A stretch of DNA of 24,000 nucleotides from Escherichia coli (lineage in GTDB: Bacteria > Pseudomonadota > Gammaproteobacteria > Enterobacterales > Enterobacteriaceae). A program made the translations under genes and the position numbers. Below, piece by piece: positions 7,103 to 18,387 of the stretch; positions within the stretch are counted from its first letter, which is position 1; every line of letters begins with the position of its first letter. Under the pieces are notes generated by a model. It did no database searches, was not told the origin of the DNA, and saw only the letters and a program-made list of their open reading frames with translations. The stretch lies in NCBI RefSeq assembly GCF_037231045.1, contig NZ_CP147532.1; one strand, 5' to 3'.

Positions 7103-7666
7103 TCATTCGCAGCGCTGATCTGAGGCGCTGCCCCCTTTCGCACATATTCTGTCTTGTCGTATCGCCAGCACGGCCTGCCGACATTGTTCGGTGACATTGG
7201 CAATATCATGGTTGATATCAATGCGCACAATATCCTGTTCATCTGCTTGTGGACGCTCCAGCGCCTCAAACTGACTTTTTAGTAACGCTACCGGCATAAA
7301 ATGCCCAGCCCGCCGCTGCATTCGCGCGAGAATAGTTTCATAGTCGCCATCTAACCAGAGGAAATGAACATGGGGGCTACCCTTGCGTAAAATATCACGA
7401 TACTGTTTTTTTAATGATGAACAGACAATAAATCCTGTTTCATTCTTTTTATAAAGACTGTATGAAGCATCATTTAAGCGTTCCAGCCAGGGAAGTCGAT
7501 CTTCATCAGATAATGGAATACCCTGCGACATTTTATCTATATTTTTGGCTGGATGAAGATCGTCACCATCAATAAATTTAGCAGATAATAACGTGGCAAC
7601 CTTGCTACCAATTAATGTTTTACCACTCCCTGAAACGCCCATCAAAATAAAGCTTTCACCCGCCAT
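7103..7666 (-). CDS. idnK: D-gluconate kinase, thermosensitive
   Basis: 187 aa, MAGESFILMGVSGSGKTLIGSK Walker A; divergent from idnDOTR. Confidence 0.96.
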   Translation of the reverse strand: MAGESFILMGVSGSGKTLIGSKVATLLSAKFIDGDDLHPAKNIDKMSQGIPLSDEDRLPWLERLNDASYSLYKKNETGFIVCSSLKKQYRDILRKGSPHVHFLWLDGDYETILARMQRRAGHFMPVALLKSQFEALERPQADEQDIVRIDINHDIANVTEQCRQAVLAIRQDRICAKGGSASDQRCE

Positions 7667-7767
7667 TTAAAATCTCCTGAGTCATCTTACCTGCTGCGAT
7701 ACTACGCCTGGTGGCATAATAATTTCACGTTTTTTTATTTCTGCTGATAAGAATTACAAGGCACATC

Positions 7768-7783
7768 ACGTTATGCGTAACAT
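7768..7783. promoter_or_regulatory. Candidate IdnR/GntR operator palindrome
   Basis: acgttatgcgtaacat, near-perfect dyad resembling ATGTTA-N4-TAACAT in the idnK-idnD divergent region. Confidence 0.65.
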
Positions 7784-7801
7784 AGTAATGTAACAATTTT
7801 C

Positions 7802-7823
7802 TGACGTGATCTTCATCACAAAT
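7802..7823. promoter_or_regulatory. Candidate CRP-cAMP site upstream of idnD
   Basis: tgacGTGAtcttcaTCACaaat: GTGA-N6-TCAC core. Confidence 0.7.
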
Positions 7824-7882
7824 AATGACAATTAAAACCGCTTAAATGCTTCCGAGGTGTCTACCTGACCAGTGAGGAATTT

Positions 7883-8914
7883 ATGCAAGTGAAAACACAG
7901 TCCTGCGTTGTTGCGGGCAAGAAAACTGTTGCCGTTACCGAGCAGACGATAGATTGGAATAATAATGGAACATTAGTACAAATAACCCGAGGTGGAATTT
8001 GCGGTTCCGATTTACATTATTATCAGGAAGGAAAAGTAGGTAATTTCATGATAAAGGCACCGATGGTGTTAGGTCATGAAGTTATCGGTAAAGTTATTCA
8101 TAGCGACTCATCAGAATTACATGAAGGGCAAACGGTAGCCATTAATCCGTCTAAACCGTGCGGTCACTGCAAATACTGCATTGAACATAACGAGAATCAG
8201 TGTACAGATATGCGTTTTTTTGGCAGTGCCATGTATTTCCCTCATGTTGATGGTGGTTTTACCCGTTATAAAATGGTCGAAACGTCGCAATGTGTCCCTT
8301 ATCCGGCCAAAGCTGACGAAAAGGTTATGGCTTTTGCCGAACCTTTAGCCGTCGCGATTCATGCCGCACATCAGGCCGGCGAGTTACAGGGCAAGCGAGT
8401 ATTTATTTCTGGTGTTGGGCCCATTGGCTGCCTGATTGTCAGTGCTGTGAAAACACTGGGGGCCGCGGAAATTGTCTGTGCCGATGTGAGTCCCCGTTCC
8501 CTTTCGCTGGGCAAAGAGATGGGGGCGGAGGTGCTCGTAAACCCACAAAACGACGACATGGATCACTGGAAAGCGGAAAAAGGCTATTTCGATGTCAGCT
8601 TTGAAGTGTCCGGTCATCCTTCATCAGTGAATACCTGCCTGGAGGTCACTCGTGCACGCGGCGTAATGGTGCAGGTAGGGATGGGAGGCGCGATGGCAGA
8701 ATTCCCAATGATGACGTTGATTGGTAAGGAGATTTCACTCAAAGGCTCTTTCCGTTTTACCAGCGAATTTAATACCGCAGTGTCATGGCTGGCGAATGGC
8801 GTTATCAATCCACTGCCTTTACTGAGTGCTGAATATCCCTTCACTGACCTGGAAGAGGCGCTACGTTTCGCCGGTGATAAAACCCAGGCAGCAAAAGTCC
8901 AGCTTGTTTTCTAA
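7883..8914 (+). CDS. idnD: L-idonate 5-dehydrogenase
   Basis: 343 aa zinc-dependent MDR; GHEVIGKVI, CGHCKYCIEHNENQC; first gene of idnDOTR. Confidence 0.96.
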   Translation: MQVKTQSCVVAGKKTVAVTEQTIDWNNNGTLVQITRGGICGSDLHYYQEGKVGNFMIKAPMVLGHEVIGKVIHSDSSELHEGQTVAINPSKPCGHCKYCIEHNENQCTDMRFFGSAMYFPHVDGGFTRYKMVETSQCVPYPAKADEKVMAFAEPLAVAIHAAHQAGELQGKRVFISGVGPIGCLIVSAVKTLGAAEIVCADVSPRSLSLGKEMGAEVLVNPQNDDMDHWKAEKGYFDVSFEVSGHPSSVNTCLEVTRARGVMVQVGMGGAMAEFPMMTLIGKEISLKGSFRFTSEFNTAVSWLANGVINPLPLLSAEYPFTDLEEALRFAGDKTQAAKVQLVF

Positions 8915-8937
8915 GAGATAAATAAAGGAATAATACA

Positions 8938-9702
8938 ATGAACGATCTATTTTCACTGGCAGGAAAAAATATCTTGATTACCGGTTCAGCACAGGGCATT
9001 GGCTATTTACTGGCAACCGGCCTGGGTAAATATGGCGCACAAATAATTATTAATGATATTACTGCCGAACGCGCAGAACTTGCTGTAGAAAAACTCCACC
9101 AGGAGGGTATTCAGGCCGTTGCCGCACCTTTTAATGTTACTCATAAACATGAAATTGATGCCGCCGTTGAACATATCGAAAAGGACATCGGCCCCATTGA
9201 TGTGCTGGTGAATAACGCCGGTATCCAGCGCCGTCATCCTTTTACTGAGTTCCCTGAACAAGAGTGGAATGATGTGATCGCAGTAAACCAGACCGCCGTG
9301 TTCCTGGTATCGCAAGCGGTAACTCGTCACATGGTTGAACGCAAGGCAGGTAAAGTTATTAATATTTGCTCGATGCAAAGCGAACTGGGACGTGACACCA
9401 TCACCCCTTATGCCGCATCGAAAGGGGCGGTAAAAATGCTCACCCGCGGCATGTGCGTCGAGCTGGCGCGCCACAATATTCAGGTCAACGGTATTGCGCC
9501 GGGCTATTTCAAAACAGAAATGACTAAAGCACTGGTTGAGGACGAAGCCTTCACCGCCTGGTTGTGCAAACGGACCCCCGCCGCACGCTGGGGAGATCCG
9601 CAGGAACTGATTGGTGCTGCGGTGTTCCTTTCTTCAAAAGCCTCTGATTTCGTAAACGGCCACCTGTTGTTTGTTGATGGCGGCATGTTAGTGGCTGTTT
9701 AA
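8938..9702 (+). CDS. idnO: 5-keto-D-gluconate 5-reductase (SDR family)
   Basis: 254 aa, GSAQGIGYLLATGL cofactor motif, YAASKGAVK active site. Confidence 0.96.
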   Translation: MNDLFSLAGKNILITGSAQGIGYLLATGLGKYGAQIIINDITAERAELAVEKLHQEGIQAVAAPFNVTHKHEIDAAVEHIEKDIGPIDVLVNNAGIQRRHPFTEFPEQEWNDVIAVNQTAVFLVSQAVTRHMVERKAGKVINICSMQSELGRDTITPYAASKGAVKMLTRGMCVELARHNIQVNGIAPGYFKTEMTKALVEDEAFTAWLCKRTPAARWGDPQELIGAAVFLSSKASDFVNGHLLFVDGGMLVAV

Positions 9703-9766
9703 CACCTACTACCCTACGTGCAGCGCGAAAGCGCTGCTTTTCTGGCACTAATAAGAGATAAAGACT

Positions 9767-11086
9767 ATGCCATTAATCATTATTGCGGCAGGCGTCGCGC
9801 TGCTTCTTATCCTGATGATCGGCTTTAAAGTTAACGGCTTTATTGCCCTCGTTCTGGTCGCTGCCGTCGTCGGATTTGCCGAAGGGATGGATGCACAGGC
9901 CGTCCTGCACTCTATACAAAATGGTATCGGCAGCACGCTCGGCGGGCTGGCAATGATCCTCGGTTTCGGGGCCATGTTAGGCAAGCTGATTTCTGATACG
10001 GGCGCGGCACAACGTATCGCCACTACGCTGATTGCTACTTTTGGTAAAAAACGCGTGCAATGGGCGCTAGTGATCACCGGTCTGGTTGTCGGCCTCGCCA
10101 TGTTTTTTGAAGTGGGTTTTGTCCTGCTGCTGCCGTTGGTATTTACCATCGTGGCATCATCTGGATTACCCCTGTTGTATGTTGGCGTACCGATGGTAGC
10201 AGCGCTCTCTGTAACCCACTGTTTTCTGCCGCCACATCCAGGGCCTACTGCCATCGCGACTATCTTTGAGGCTAATCTCGGAACGACTCTACTGTATGGA
10301 TTTATCATTACCATTCCGACAGTTATTGTCGCAGGACCGCTGTTTTCTAAACTGCTAACTCGCTTTGAGAAAGCACCACCGGAAGGCTTATTTAATCCTC
10401 ATCTGTTTAGCGAAGAGGAGATGCCCTCCTTCTGGAACAGTATTTTCGCTGCAGTGATCCCGGTCATCCTGATGGCTATCGCCGCCGTTTGTGAAATTAC
10501 GTTACCGAAAACTAACACCGTGCGCCTCTTCTTTGAATTTGTCGGTAACCCTGCCGTTGCGCTGTTTATTGCCATTGTTATTGCGATTTTCACACTGGGC
10601 CGACGTAATGGACGCACCATCGAGCAAATCATGGATATCATTGGGGATTCTATAGGCGCTATCGCGATGATTGTGTTTATTATCGCTGGCGGCGGCGCGT
10701 TTAAGCAGGTATTAGTAGATAGCGGTGTCGGGCAGTATATTTCACACTTAATGACCGGAACTACACTTTCGCCGTTATTGATGTGCTGGACTGTTGCGGC
10801 GCTGTTGCGTATCGCTCTGGGCTCTGCCACCGTCGCGGCCATTACCACCGCGGGTGTGGTGTTGCCGATTATCAACGTTACCCATGCCGATCCCGCTTTA
10901 ATGGTACTGGCAACTGGTGCGGGCAGCGTGATCGCGTCACACGTAAACGACCCTGGCTTCTGGCTATTTAAAGGGTATTTTAATCTGACGGTTGGTGAAA
11001 CGTTGCGTACCTGGACGGTGATGGAAACCCTTATTTCTATTATGGGTTTGCTGGGCGTGTTAGCCATTAACGCCGTATTGCACTGA
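9767..11086 (+). CDS. idnT: L-idonate/gluconate:H+ symporter (GntP family)
   Basis: 439 aa polytopic membrane protein; synteny idnD-O-T-R. Confidence 0.96.
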   Translation: MPLIIIAAGVALLLILMIGFKVNGFIALVLVAAVVGFAEGMDAQAVLHSIQNGIGSTLGGLAMILGFGAMLGKLISDTGAAQRIATTLIATFGKKRVQWALVITGLVVGLAMFFEVGFVLLLPLVFTIVASSGLPLLYVGVPMVAALSVTHCFLPPHPGPTAIATIFEANLGTTLLYGFIITIPTVIVAGPLFSKLLTRFEKAPPEGLFNPHLFSEEEMPSFWNSIFAAVIPVILMAIAAVCEITLPKTNTVRLFFEFVGNPAVALFIAIVIAIFTLGRRNGRTIEQIMDIIGDSIGAIAMIVFIIAGGGAFKQVLVDSGVGQYISHLMTGTTLSPLLMCWTVAALLRIALGSATVAAITTAGVVLPIINVTHADPALMVLATGAGSVIASHVNDPGFWLFKGYFNLTVGETLRTWTVMETLISIMGLLGVLAINAVLH

Positions 11087-11111
11087 AAGAATAAAATATT
11101 GTGATGTAGTT

Positions 11112-11138
11112 TCGGGGGAAGATTGAAGATTCCCCCGA
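11112..11138. promoter_or_regulatory. Stem-loop in the idnT-idnR intergenic region
   Basis: Perfect 9-bp inverted repeat tcgggggaa(11112-11120)/ttcccccga(11130-11138), just upstream of the idnR ribosome-binding region. Confidence 0.55.
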
Positions 11139-11152
11139 CGTTGGGAGAAGTT

Positions 11153-12151
11153 ATGCGCAATCACAGAATTTCTTTACAGGATATCGCTACGCTGGCTGGC
11201 GTAACAAAAATGACCGTGAGTCGTTATATCCGCTCGCCGAAAAAGGTGGCAAAGGAAACAGGCGAGCGCATCGCCAAAATTATGGAAGAGATCAATTATA
11301 TCCCTAATCGCGCTCCCGGCATGTTGTTGAATGCACAAAGTTATACCCTCGGTATCTTGATTCCGTCATTTCAAAATCAACTCTTCGCTGACATTCTCGC
11401 GGGAATAGAATCCGTCACCTCTGTGCATAATTATCAGACCCTTATTGCTAATTACAATTACGATCGCGATTCCGAAGAAGAGTCGGTGATTAACCTGCTC
11501 TCTTATAACATTGACGGGATTATTCTTTCGGAAAAATATCACACCATCAGGACGGTGAAATTTCTGCGTTCAGCCACCATTCCGGTCGTGGAATTGATGG
11601 ATGTACAGGGAGAACGGCTGGATATGGAGGTCGGTTTTGATAATCGGCAGGCTGCTTTTGACATGGTGTGTACCATGCTGGATAAGCGAGTCAGGCGCAA
11701 AATTCTGTATCTCGGTTCCAAAGATGACACCCGCGATGAACAGCGTTATCAGGGGTATTGCGATGCGATGATGCTGCATAATCTTTCCCCATTACGCATG
11801 AATCCACGCGCCATCTCATCCATTCATTTAGGAATGCAGTTAATGCGTGATGCCCTTAGCGCAAACCCGGATTTAGACGGTGTATTTTGCACCAATGACG
11901 ATATTGCGATGGGTGCGCTTCTGCTGTGCCGCGAGCGAAACCTCGCCGTGCCAGAACAAATTTCCATTGCGGGTTTTCATGGGCTGGAGATTGGCAGGCA
12001 AATGATCCCAAGCCTCGCCAGCGTAATTACTCCCCGTTTTGATATTGGTCGGATGGCCGCCCAAATGTTGCTGAGCAAAATTAAGAATAACGATCACAAC
12101 CACAACACTGTTGACCTCGGGTATCAGATTTATCACGGTAACACGCTTTAG
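11153..12151 (+). CDS. idnR: LacI/GalR-family regulator of L-idonate catabolism
   Basis: 332 aa from [29 protein letters not shown]; LacI-type HTH. The track ORF adds 10 upstream residues overlapping the intergenic stem-loop. Confidence 0.95.
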   Translation: MRNHRISLQDIATLAGVTKMTVSRYIRSPKKVAKETGERIAKIMEEINYIPNRAPGMLLNAQSYTLGILIPSFQNQLFADILAGIESVTSVHNYQTLIANYNYDRDSEEESVINLLSYNIDGIILSEKYHTIRTVKFLRSATIPVVELMDVQGERLDMEVGFDNRQAAFDMVCTMLDKRVRRKILYLGSKDDTRDEQRYQGYCDAMMLHNLSPLRMNPRAISSIHLGMQLMRDALSANPDLDGVFCTNDDIAMGALLLCRERNLAVPEQISIAGFHGLEIGRQMIPSLASVITPRFDIGRMAAQMLLSKIKNNDHNHNTVDLGYQIYHGNTL

Positions 12152-12228
12152 GTTATTTTCTCTTCATTACACATATTCTCTTTGCCGGACGTTGCCTATA
12201 CTCCAGGCAGGAAACTGGAGGAAATCTC

Positions 12229-13731
12229 ATGAGCGAACCCCTGTTAATTGCCCGCACGCCGGACACAGAACTGTTTTTACTGCCGGGAATGGCTAACCGT
12301 CACGGGCTGATTACTGGCGCAACGGGGACGGGTAAAACTGTCACGTTGCAAAAACTGGCAGAGTCATTGTCGGAAATCGGTGTTCCGGTGTTTATGGCCG
12401 ATGTGAAAGGCGATCTGACCGGCGTCGAGCAGGCAGGAACGGCGTCGGAAAAACTGCTCGCAAGGCTTAAAAATATCGGCGTCAATGACTGGCAACCGCA
12501 TGCCAATCCGGTGGTGGTGTGGGATATCTTTGGCGAGAAAGGCCATCCGGTGCGGGCGACGGTTTCGGATCTGGGGCCGCTGTTGCTGGCACGACTGTTG
12601 AATCTCAACGATGTGCAATCTGGCGTGCTGAATATCATTTTCCGCATTGCTGACGATCAGGGATTGTTGCTGCTCGACTTTAAAGATCTGCGGGCAATTA
12701 CCCAGTACATCGGCGATAACGCCAAATCCTTCCAGAATCAGTACGGAAATATCAGTAGCGCATCGGTTGGTGCCATCCAGCGCGGATTACTGTCGCTGGA
12801 ACAGCAAGGCGCAGCACACTTCTTTGGTGAGCCGATGCTGGATATCAAAGACTGGATGCGCACCGATGCCAACGGTAAAGGCGTTATCAATATCCTCAGC
12901 GCCGAGAAACTTTATCAGATGCCGAAACTGTACGCCGCCAGCCTGCTGTGGATGCTTTCAGAATTGTATGAACAATTGCCTGAAGCGGGCGATCTGGAGA
13001 AACCAAAACTGGTGTTTTTCTTCGACGAGGCACATCTGCTGTTTAACGATGCACCGCAGGTACTGCTGGATAAGATTGAGCAGGTGATAAGGCTTATTCG
13101 CTCAAAAGGCGTGGGCGTCTGGTTCGTTTCGCAAAACCCGTCTGATATTCCGGATAATGTGCTCGGGCAGCTAGGTAATCGCGTTCAGCACGCTTTGCGG
13201 GCTTTTACGCCAAAAGATCAGAAAGCAGTGAAGGCAGCGGCGCAAACCATGCGGGCCAATCCGGCATTTGATACCGAAAAGGCAATCCAGGAACTGGGGA
13301 CCGGCGAGGCGTTAATCTCGTTTCTCGATGCAAAAGGAAGTCCTTCTGTGGTGGAACGGGCGATGGTGATCGCACCTTGTTCGCGAATGGGGCCGGTGAC
13401 GGAAGATGAGCGTAATGGCCTGATTAATCACTCTCCGGTGTATGGCAAATATGAAGATGAGGTGGACCGCGAGTCCGCCTATGAGATGCTGCAAAAAGGC
13501 TTTCAGGCCAGTACCGAGCAGCAAAATAATCCCCCCGTGAAAGGTAAAGAGGTGGCGGTGGATGACGGTATTCTTGGTGGATTGAAGGATATTTTGTTTG
13601 GCACTACCGGACCACGCGGCGGGAAGAAAGATGGTGTGGTGCAAACAATGGCGAAAAGCGCCGCTCGCCAGGTGACGAATCAGATTGTACGCGGGATGTT
13701 GGGGAGTTTGCTGGGGGGGAGAAAAAGGTAA
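12229..13731 (+). CDS. yjgR: YjgR, HerA/FtsK-like P-loop ATPase (DUF853)
   Basis: 500 aa, [16 protein letters not shown] Walker [13 protein letters not shown] Walker B; conserved position between idnR and lptG. Confidence 0.94.
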   Translation: MSEPLLIARTPDTELFLLPGMANRHGLITGATGTGKTVTLQKLAESLSEIGVPVFMADVKGDLTGVEQAGTASEKLLARLKNIGVNDWQPHANPVVVWDIFGEKGHPVRATVSDLGPLLLARLLNLNDVQSGVLNIIFRIADDQGLLLLDFKDLRAITQYIGDNAKSFQNQYGNISSASVGAIQRGLLSLEQQGAAHFFGEPMLDIKDWMRTDANGKGVINILSAEKLYQMPKLYAASLLWMLSELYEQLPEAGDLEKPKLVFFFDEAHLLFNDAPQVLLDKIEQVIRLIRSKGVGVWFVSQNPSDIPDNVLGQLGNRVQHALRAFTPKDQKAVKAAAQTMRANPAFDTEKAIQELGTGEALISFLDAKGSPSVVERAMVIAPCSRMGPVTEDERNGLINHSPVYGKYEDEVDRESAYEMLQKGFQASTEQQNNPPVKGKEVAVDDGILGGLKDILFGTTGPRGGKKDGVVQTMAKSAARQVTNQIVRGMLGSLLGGRKR

Positions 13732-13748
13732 GTCAGACGTGATCTGTG

Positions 13749-13787
13749 CCCCTCACCCTAACCCTCTCCCCAAAGGGGCGAGGGGAC
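13749..13787. repeat. GC-rich intergenic palindromic repeat, copy 1 (possibly box C-like)
   Basis: cccctcaccctaaccctctccccaaaggggcgaggggac; shares ccctcaccctaaccctctccc with 17823-17843. Confidence 0.5.
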
Positions 13788-13815
13788 CGTTCGAACTCGT
13801 ATTTGACTTTGTCAA

Positions 13816-13843
13816 CAATAATAAAGGGAGCTTTCGCTCCCTT
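13816..13843 (-). terminator. Intrinsic terminator of lptF-lptG
   Basis: On - strand AAGGGAGC-GAAA-GCTCCCTT followed by TATTATTG, just downstream of the lptG stop. Confidence 0.65.
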
Positions 13844-13849
13844 GTTAGA

Positions 13850-14932
13850 TTACGATTTTCTCATTAACAGCCACAGGCTGATTAAGAAGAAGCTGGCGCT
13901 TGGCAACAGTGCGCCGATGATCGGCGGGATGCCATAAACCAACGTCAGCGGGCCGAAGATCTGGTCCAGTACGTAGAAGACAAAACCGAAGCTGATACCG
14001 GTGACCACACGCACGCCCATCGGTACGCTACGCAGTGGGCCAAAGATAAACGACAGCGCCATCAGCATCATCACCGCCACGGATAGCGGCTGGAAGATTT
14101 TGCTCCACATGTTGAGCTGATAACGTCCGGCATCCTGACCGCTCGACTTCAGATACTTCACATAGTTGTGCAAACCACTGATGGAGAGTGCATCCGGGTC
14201 CAGCGCCACCACGCCCAGTTTGTCTGGCGTGAGGTTGGTTTTCCAGGTGCCGCTCACCGTCTGCGAACCGGTGATCTGTTTCGGATTGGTCAGATCAGAT
14301 TCATCAACCTGCGACAGACGCCAGACTTTATGTTCCGGGTCAAACTTCGCGGTAGCGGCATAACGTACGGATTGCAGACGACGATTCTCGTTAAAGGCAT
14401 AAATACTGATGCCACCTAACTCTTCGTCACCTTTAACCCGCTCAATGTAGACGAAGTTGTTGCCATCTTTCGCCCATAAGCCTTGCTGAGTGGAGAGCAA
14501 CGAGCCGCCGTACATCGCCTGCGCACGGTAGTTACGCGCCATCTGCTCGCCCTGCGGCGCGACCCATTCACCAATCGCCATCGTCAGCAAGACCAGCGGA
14601 ATGGCGGTTTTCATCACCGACAGCGCCACCTGCATACGGGTAAAACCAGAAGCCTGCATGACTACCAGTTCGCTGCGCTGCGCCAGCATCCCAAGACCAA
14701 GCAACGCCCCAAGCAGAGCCGCCATCGGGAAGAAGATTTGCACATCTTTCGGCACGCTCAGCAAGGTATACATTCCTGCGCCTAACGCGTCGTAACTCCC
14801 CTGCCCGGCTTTTTTCAGCTGATCGACAAACTTGATAATGCCCGACAGCGACACCAGCATGAACAGCGTCATCATGATGGTGGTGAAAATAGTTTTACCG
14901 ATATAGCGGTCAAGTACGCCAAAAGGTTGCAT
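13850..14932 (-). CDS. lptG: LPS export ABC transporter permease LptG
   Basis: 360 aa from MQPFGVLDRYIGKTIF (ATG at 14932); overlaps the lptF stop by 1 nt. Confidence 0.96.
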   Translation of the reverse strand: MQPFGVLDRYIGKTIFTTIMMTLFMLVSLSGIIKFVDQLKKAGQGSYDALGAGMYTLLSVPKDVQIFFPMAALLGALLGLGMLAQRSELVVMQASGFTRMQVALSVMKTAIPLVLLTMAIGEWVAPQGEQMARNYRAQAMYGGSLLSTQQGLWAKDGNNFVYIERVKGDEELGGISIYAFNENRRLQSVRYAATAKFDPEHKVWRLSQVDESDLTNPKQITGSQTVSGTWKTNLTPDKLGVVALDPDALSISGLHNYVKYLKSSGQDAGRYQLNMWSKIFQPLSVAVMMLMALSFIFGPLRSVPMGVRVVTGISFGFVFYVLDQIFGPLTLVYGIPPIIGALLPSASFFLISLWLLMRKS

Positions 14933-16032
14933 CACACCGCTCCTTTACGCGAAAAACTGGCGCGCAGGCGGCGGACCGGCACGGTGTCCCAAAGGTTGAG
15001 AACAATCGCCAAAGCCAGATAAATCAGGTTAACGGTCCACATCCACAGCGTCGGGTCCAGCTTACCTTTACCGCCGTTCGATTTCAGGGAGGTCTGGATC
15101 AGGAAGAACAACAGATACAGCAGCATGGCTGGCAGCATCGATAGTACGCGTCCCTGACGCGGGTTAACCACGCTCAGCGGTACGACCATAAGTGCCATCA
15201 TAAACACGGTGAACACCAACGTGATACGCCAGTTCAGTTCTGCGCGAGCACGATCGGTGTCAGTGTTCCACAATGTGCGCATGTCCATCTGGTCGGTATC
15301 GTTCGGGTCGAGCGCCACCGCCTGGTGACCAATGATCGCCTGATAATCCTGGAAATCCGTAATGCGGAAATCACGTAACAGTGCAGTGCCTTCGAAGCGC
15401 GTTCCCTGGTTGAGAGTGACGACCTGGGAGCCGTCGCGCAGCTGGGTTAAATGTCCGGAATCGGCCACCACCACAGAAGGTCGTGCATTACCTTTTGGTC
15501 GAATTTGCGCGAGGAACACATCTTTGAAATCGCTGCCGTCAACGCTTTCGATGAACAGCACCGAGCTGCCATTAGTCGCTTGCTGGAATTGCCCTTGCGC
15601 AAGCGCCGCCATGCCAGGGTTCGCTTTCGCTTCTGCTAACACTTCATCCTGATGACGCGATGACCACGGTCCCGCCCACATCACGTTAACCGCCGCGACG
15701 ATTGCCGTGAATACCGCAAGGATCATTGCCGCTTTCACCAGCACCGCTTTGCTCAGGCCGCAGGCATGCATTACCGTAATTTCACTTTCGGTATACAGTT
15801 TGCCCAGCGTCATCAGCAGCCCGAGGAACAGGCTTAATGGCAGGATAAGCTGCGCCATTTCCGGCACGCCCAACCCGAGAAGGGAGAGCACCAGATTCGC
15901 CGGAATATCGCCGTCAACCGCTGCGCCGAGGATCCTCACTAACTTTTGACAGAAGAAGATCAAAAGCAAGATGAAGAGTATCGCCAGCTGGCTTTTGAGC
16001 GTCTCCCGCACCAGATATCTTATGATTATCAC
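14932..16032 (-). CDS. lptF: LPS export ABC transporter permease LptF
   Basis: 366 aa MIIIRYLVRETLKSQLAILF; operon with lptG, divergent from pepA. Confidence 0.96.
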   Translation of the reverse strand: MIIIRYLVRETLKSQLAILFILLLIFFCQKLVRILGAAVDGDIPANLVLSLLGLGVPEMAQLILPLSLFLGLLMTLGKLYTESEITVMHACGLSKAVLVKAAMILAVFTAIVAAVNVMWAGPWSSRHQDEVLAEAKANPGMAALAQGQFQQATNGSSVLFIESVDGSDFKDVFLAQIRPKGNARPSVVVADSGHLTQLRDGSQVVTLNQGTRFEGTALLRDFRITDFQDYQAIIGHQAVALDPNDTDQMDMRTLWNTDTDRARAELNWRITLVFTVFMMALMVVPLSVVNPRQGRVLSMLPAMLLYLLFFLIQTSLKSNGGKGKLDPTLWMWTVNLIYLALAIVLNLWDTVPVRRLRASFSRKGAV

Positions 16033-16295
16033 TTTAAATACGCCCGTAAAAACTCGTCTTTTGCAGGATTTTAGCTTGTTTCATGGCTTAAACGTCATTT
16101 ATTCTCTTGAGTCGTCGAAATCGTCGCTAAGATAATTATACTCAACGGATTCACCTCTCAGATTTTGTTCTGACGTGCCAATGCCGTAATAACGTTAAGA
16201 TTAACACGAAGTCATCGCAACAGCGGACATGAGTTACGAAAGCTTGCAATTCTATCTGTAGCCACCGCCGTTGTCTTTAAGATTCAGGAGCGTAG

Positions 16296-17810
<1,515 letters not shown>

Positions 17811-17820
17811 GTTTGCGTTT

Positions 17821-17859
17821 TACCCTCACCCTAACCCTCTCCCTAAGGGAGGGGGAACC
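17821..17859. repeat. GC-rich intergenic palindromic repeat, copy 2, between pepA and holC
   Basis: taccctcaccctaaccctctccctaagggagggggaacc; same core as 13749-13787. Confidence 0.5.
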
Positions 17860-17943
17860 GATCGAGCGCAATAGAAATTCATTGCTCATCTTTCAGGGTG
17901 AGGAATGCAGCAATATTTAAATCCACCACAAGAAGCCCCATAT

Positions 17944-18387
17944 ATGAAAAACGCAACGTTCTACCTTCTGGACAATGACACCACCGTCGATGGCTTAAGC
18001 GCCGTTGAGCAACTGGTGTGTGAAATTGCCGCAGAACGTTGGCGCAGCGGTAAGCGCGTACTCATCGCCTGTGAAGATGAAAAGCAGGCTTACCGGCTGG
18101 ATGAAGCCCTGTGGGCGCGTCCGGCAGAAAGCTTTGTCCCGCATAATTTAGCGGGAGAAGGACCGCGCGGCGGTGCGCCGGTGGAGATCGCCTGGCCGCA
18201 AAAACGCAGCAGCAGCCCGCGCGATATATTGATTAGTCTGCGAACAAGCTTTGCAGATTTTGCCACCGCTTTCACAGAAGTGGTAGACTTCGTTCCTTAT
18301 GAAGATTCTCTGAAACAACTGGCGCGCGAACGCTATAAAGCCTACCGCGTGGCTGGTTTCAACCTGAATACGGCAACCTGGAAATAA
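17944..18387 (+). CDS. holC: DNA polymerase III subunit chi
   Basis: 147 aa from [27 protein letters not shown]; between pepA and valS. Confidence 0.96.
   Translation: MKNATFYLLDNDTTVDGLSAVEQLVCEIAAERWRSGKRVLIACEDEKQAYRLDEALWARPAESFVPHNLAGEGPRGGAPVEIAWPQKRSSSPRDILISLRTSFADFATAFTEVVDFVPYEDSLKQLARERYKAYRVAGFNLNTATWK

Noticed and set aside
9748-11160. Antisense ORFs (188 aa and 253 aa) over idnT
   Set aside because: Mirror of the idnT coding frame, with composition typical of an antisense of a membrane protein.
12229-13731. YjgR as part of a HerA-like defence system
   Set aside because: It is P-loop/HerA-like, but is a conserved core gene in its normal syntenic place with no nuclease partner, so not a mobile defence locus on this evidence.
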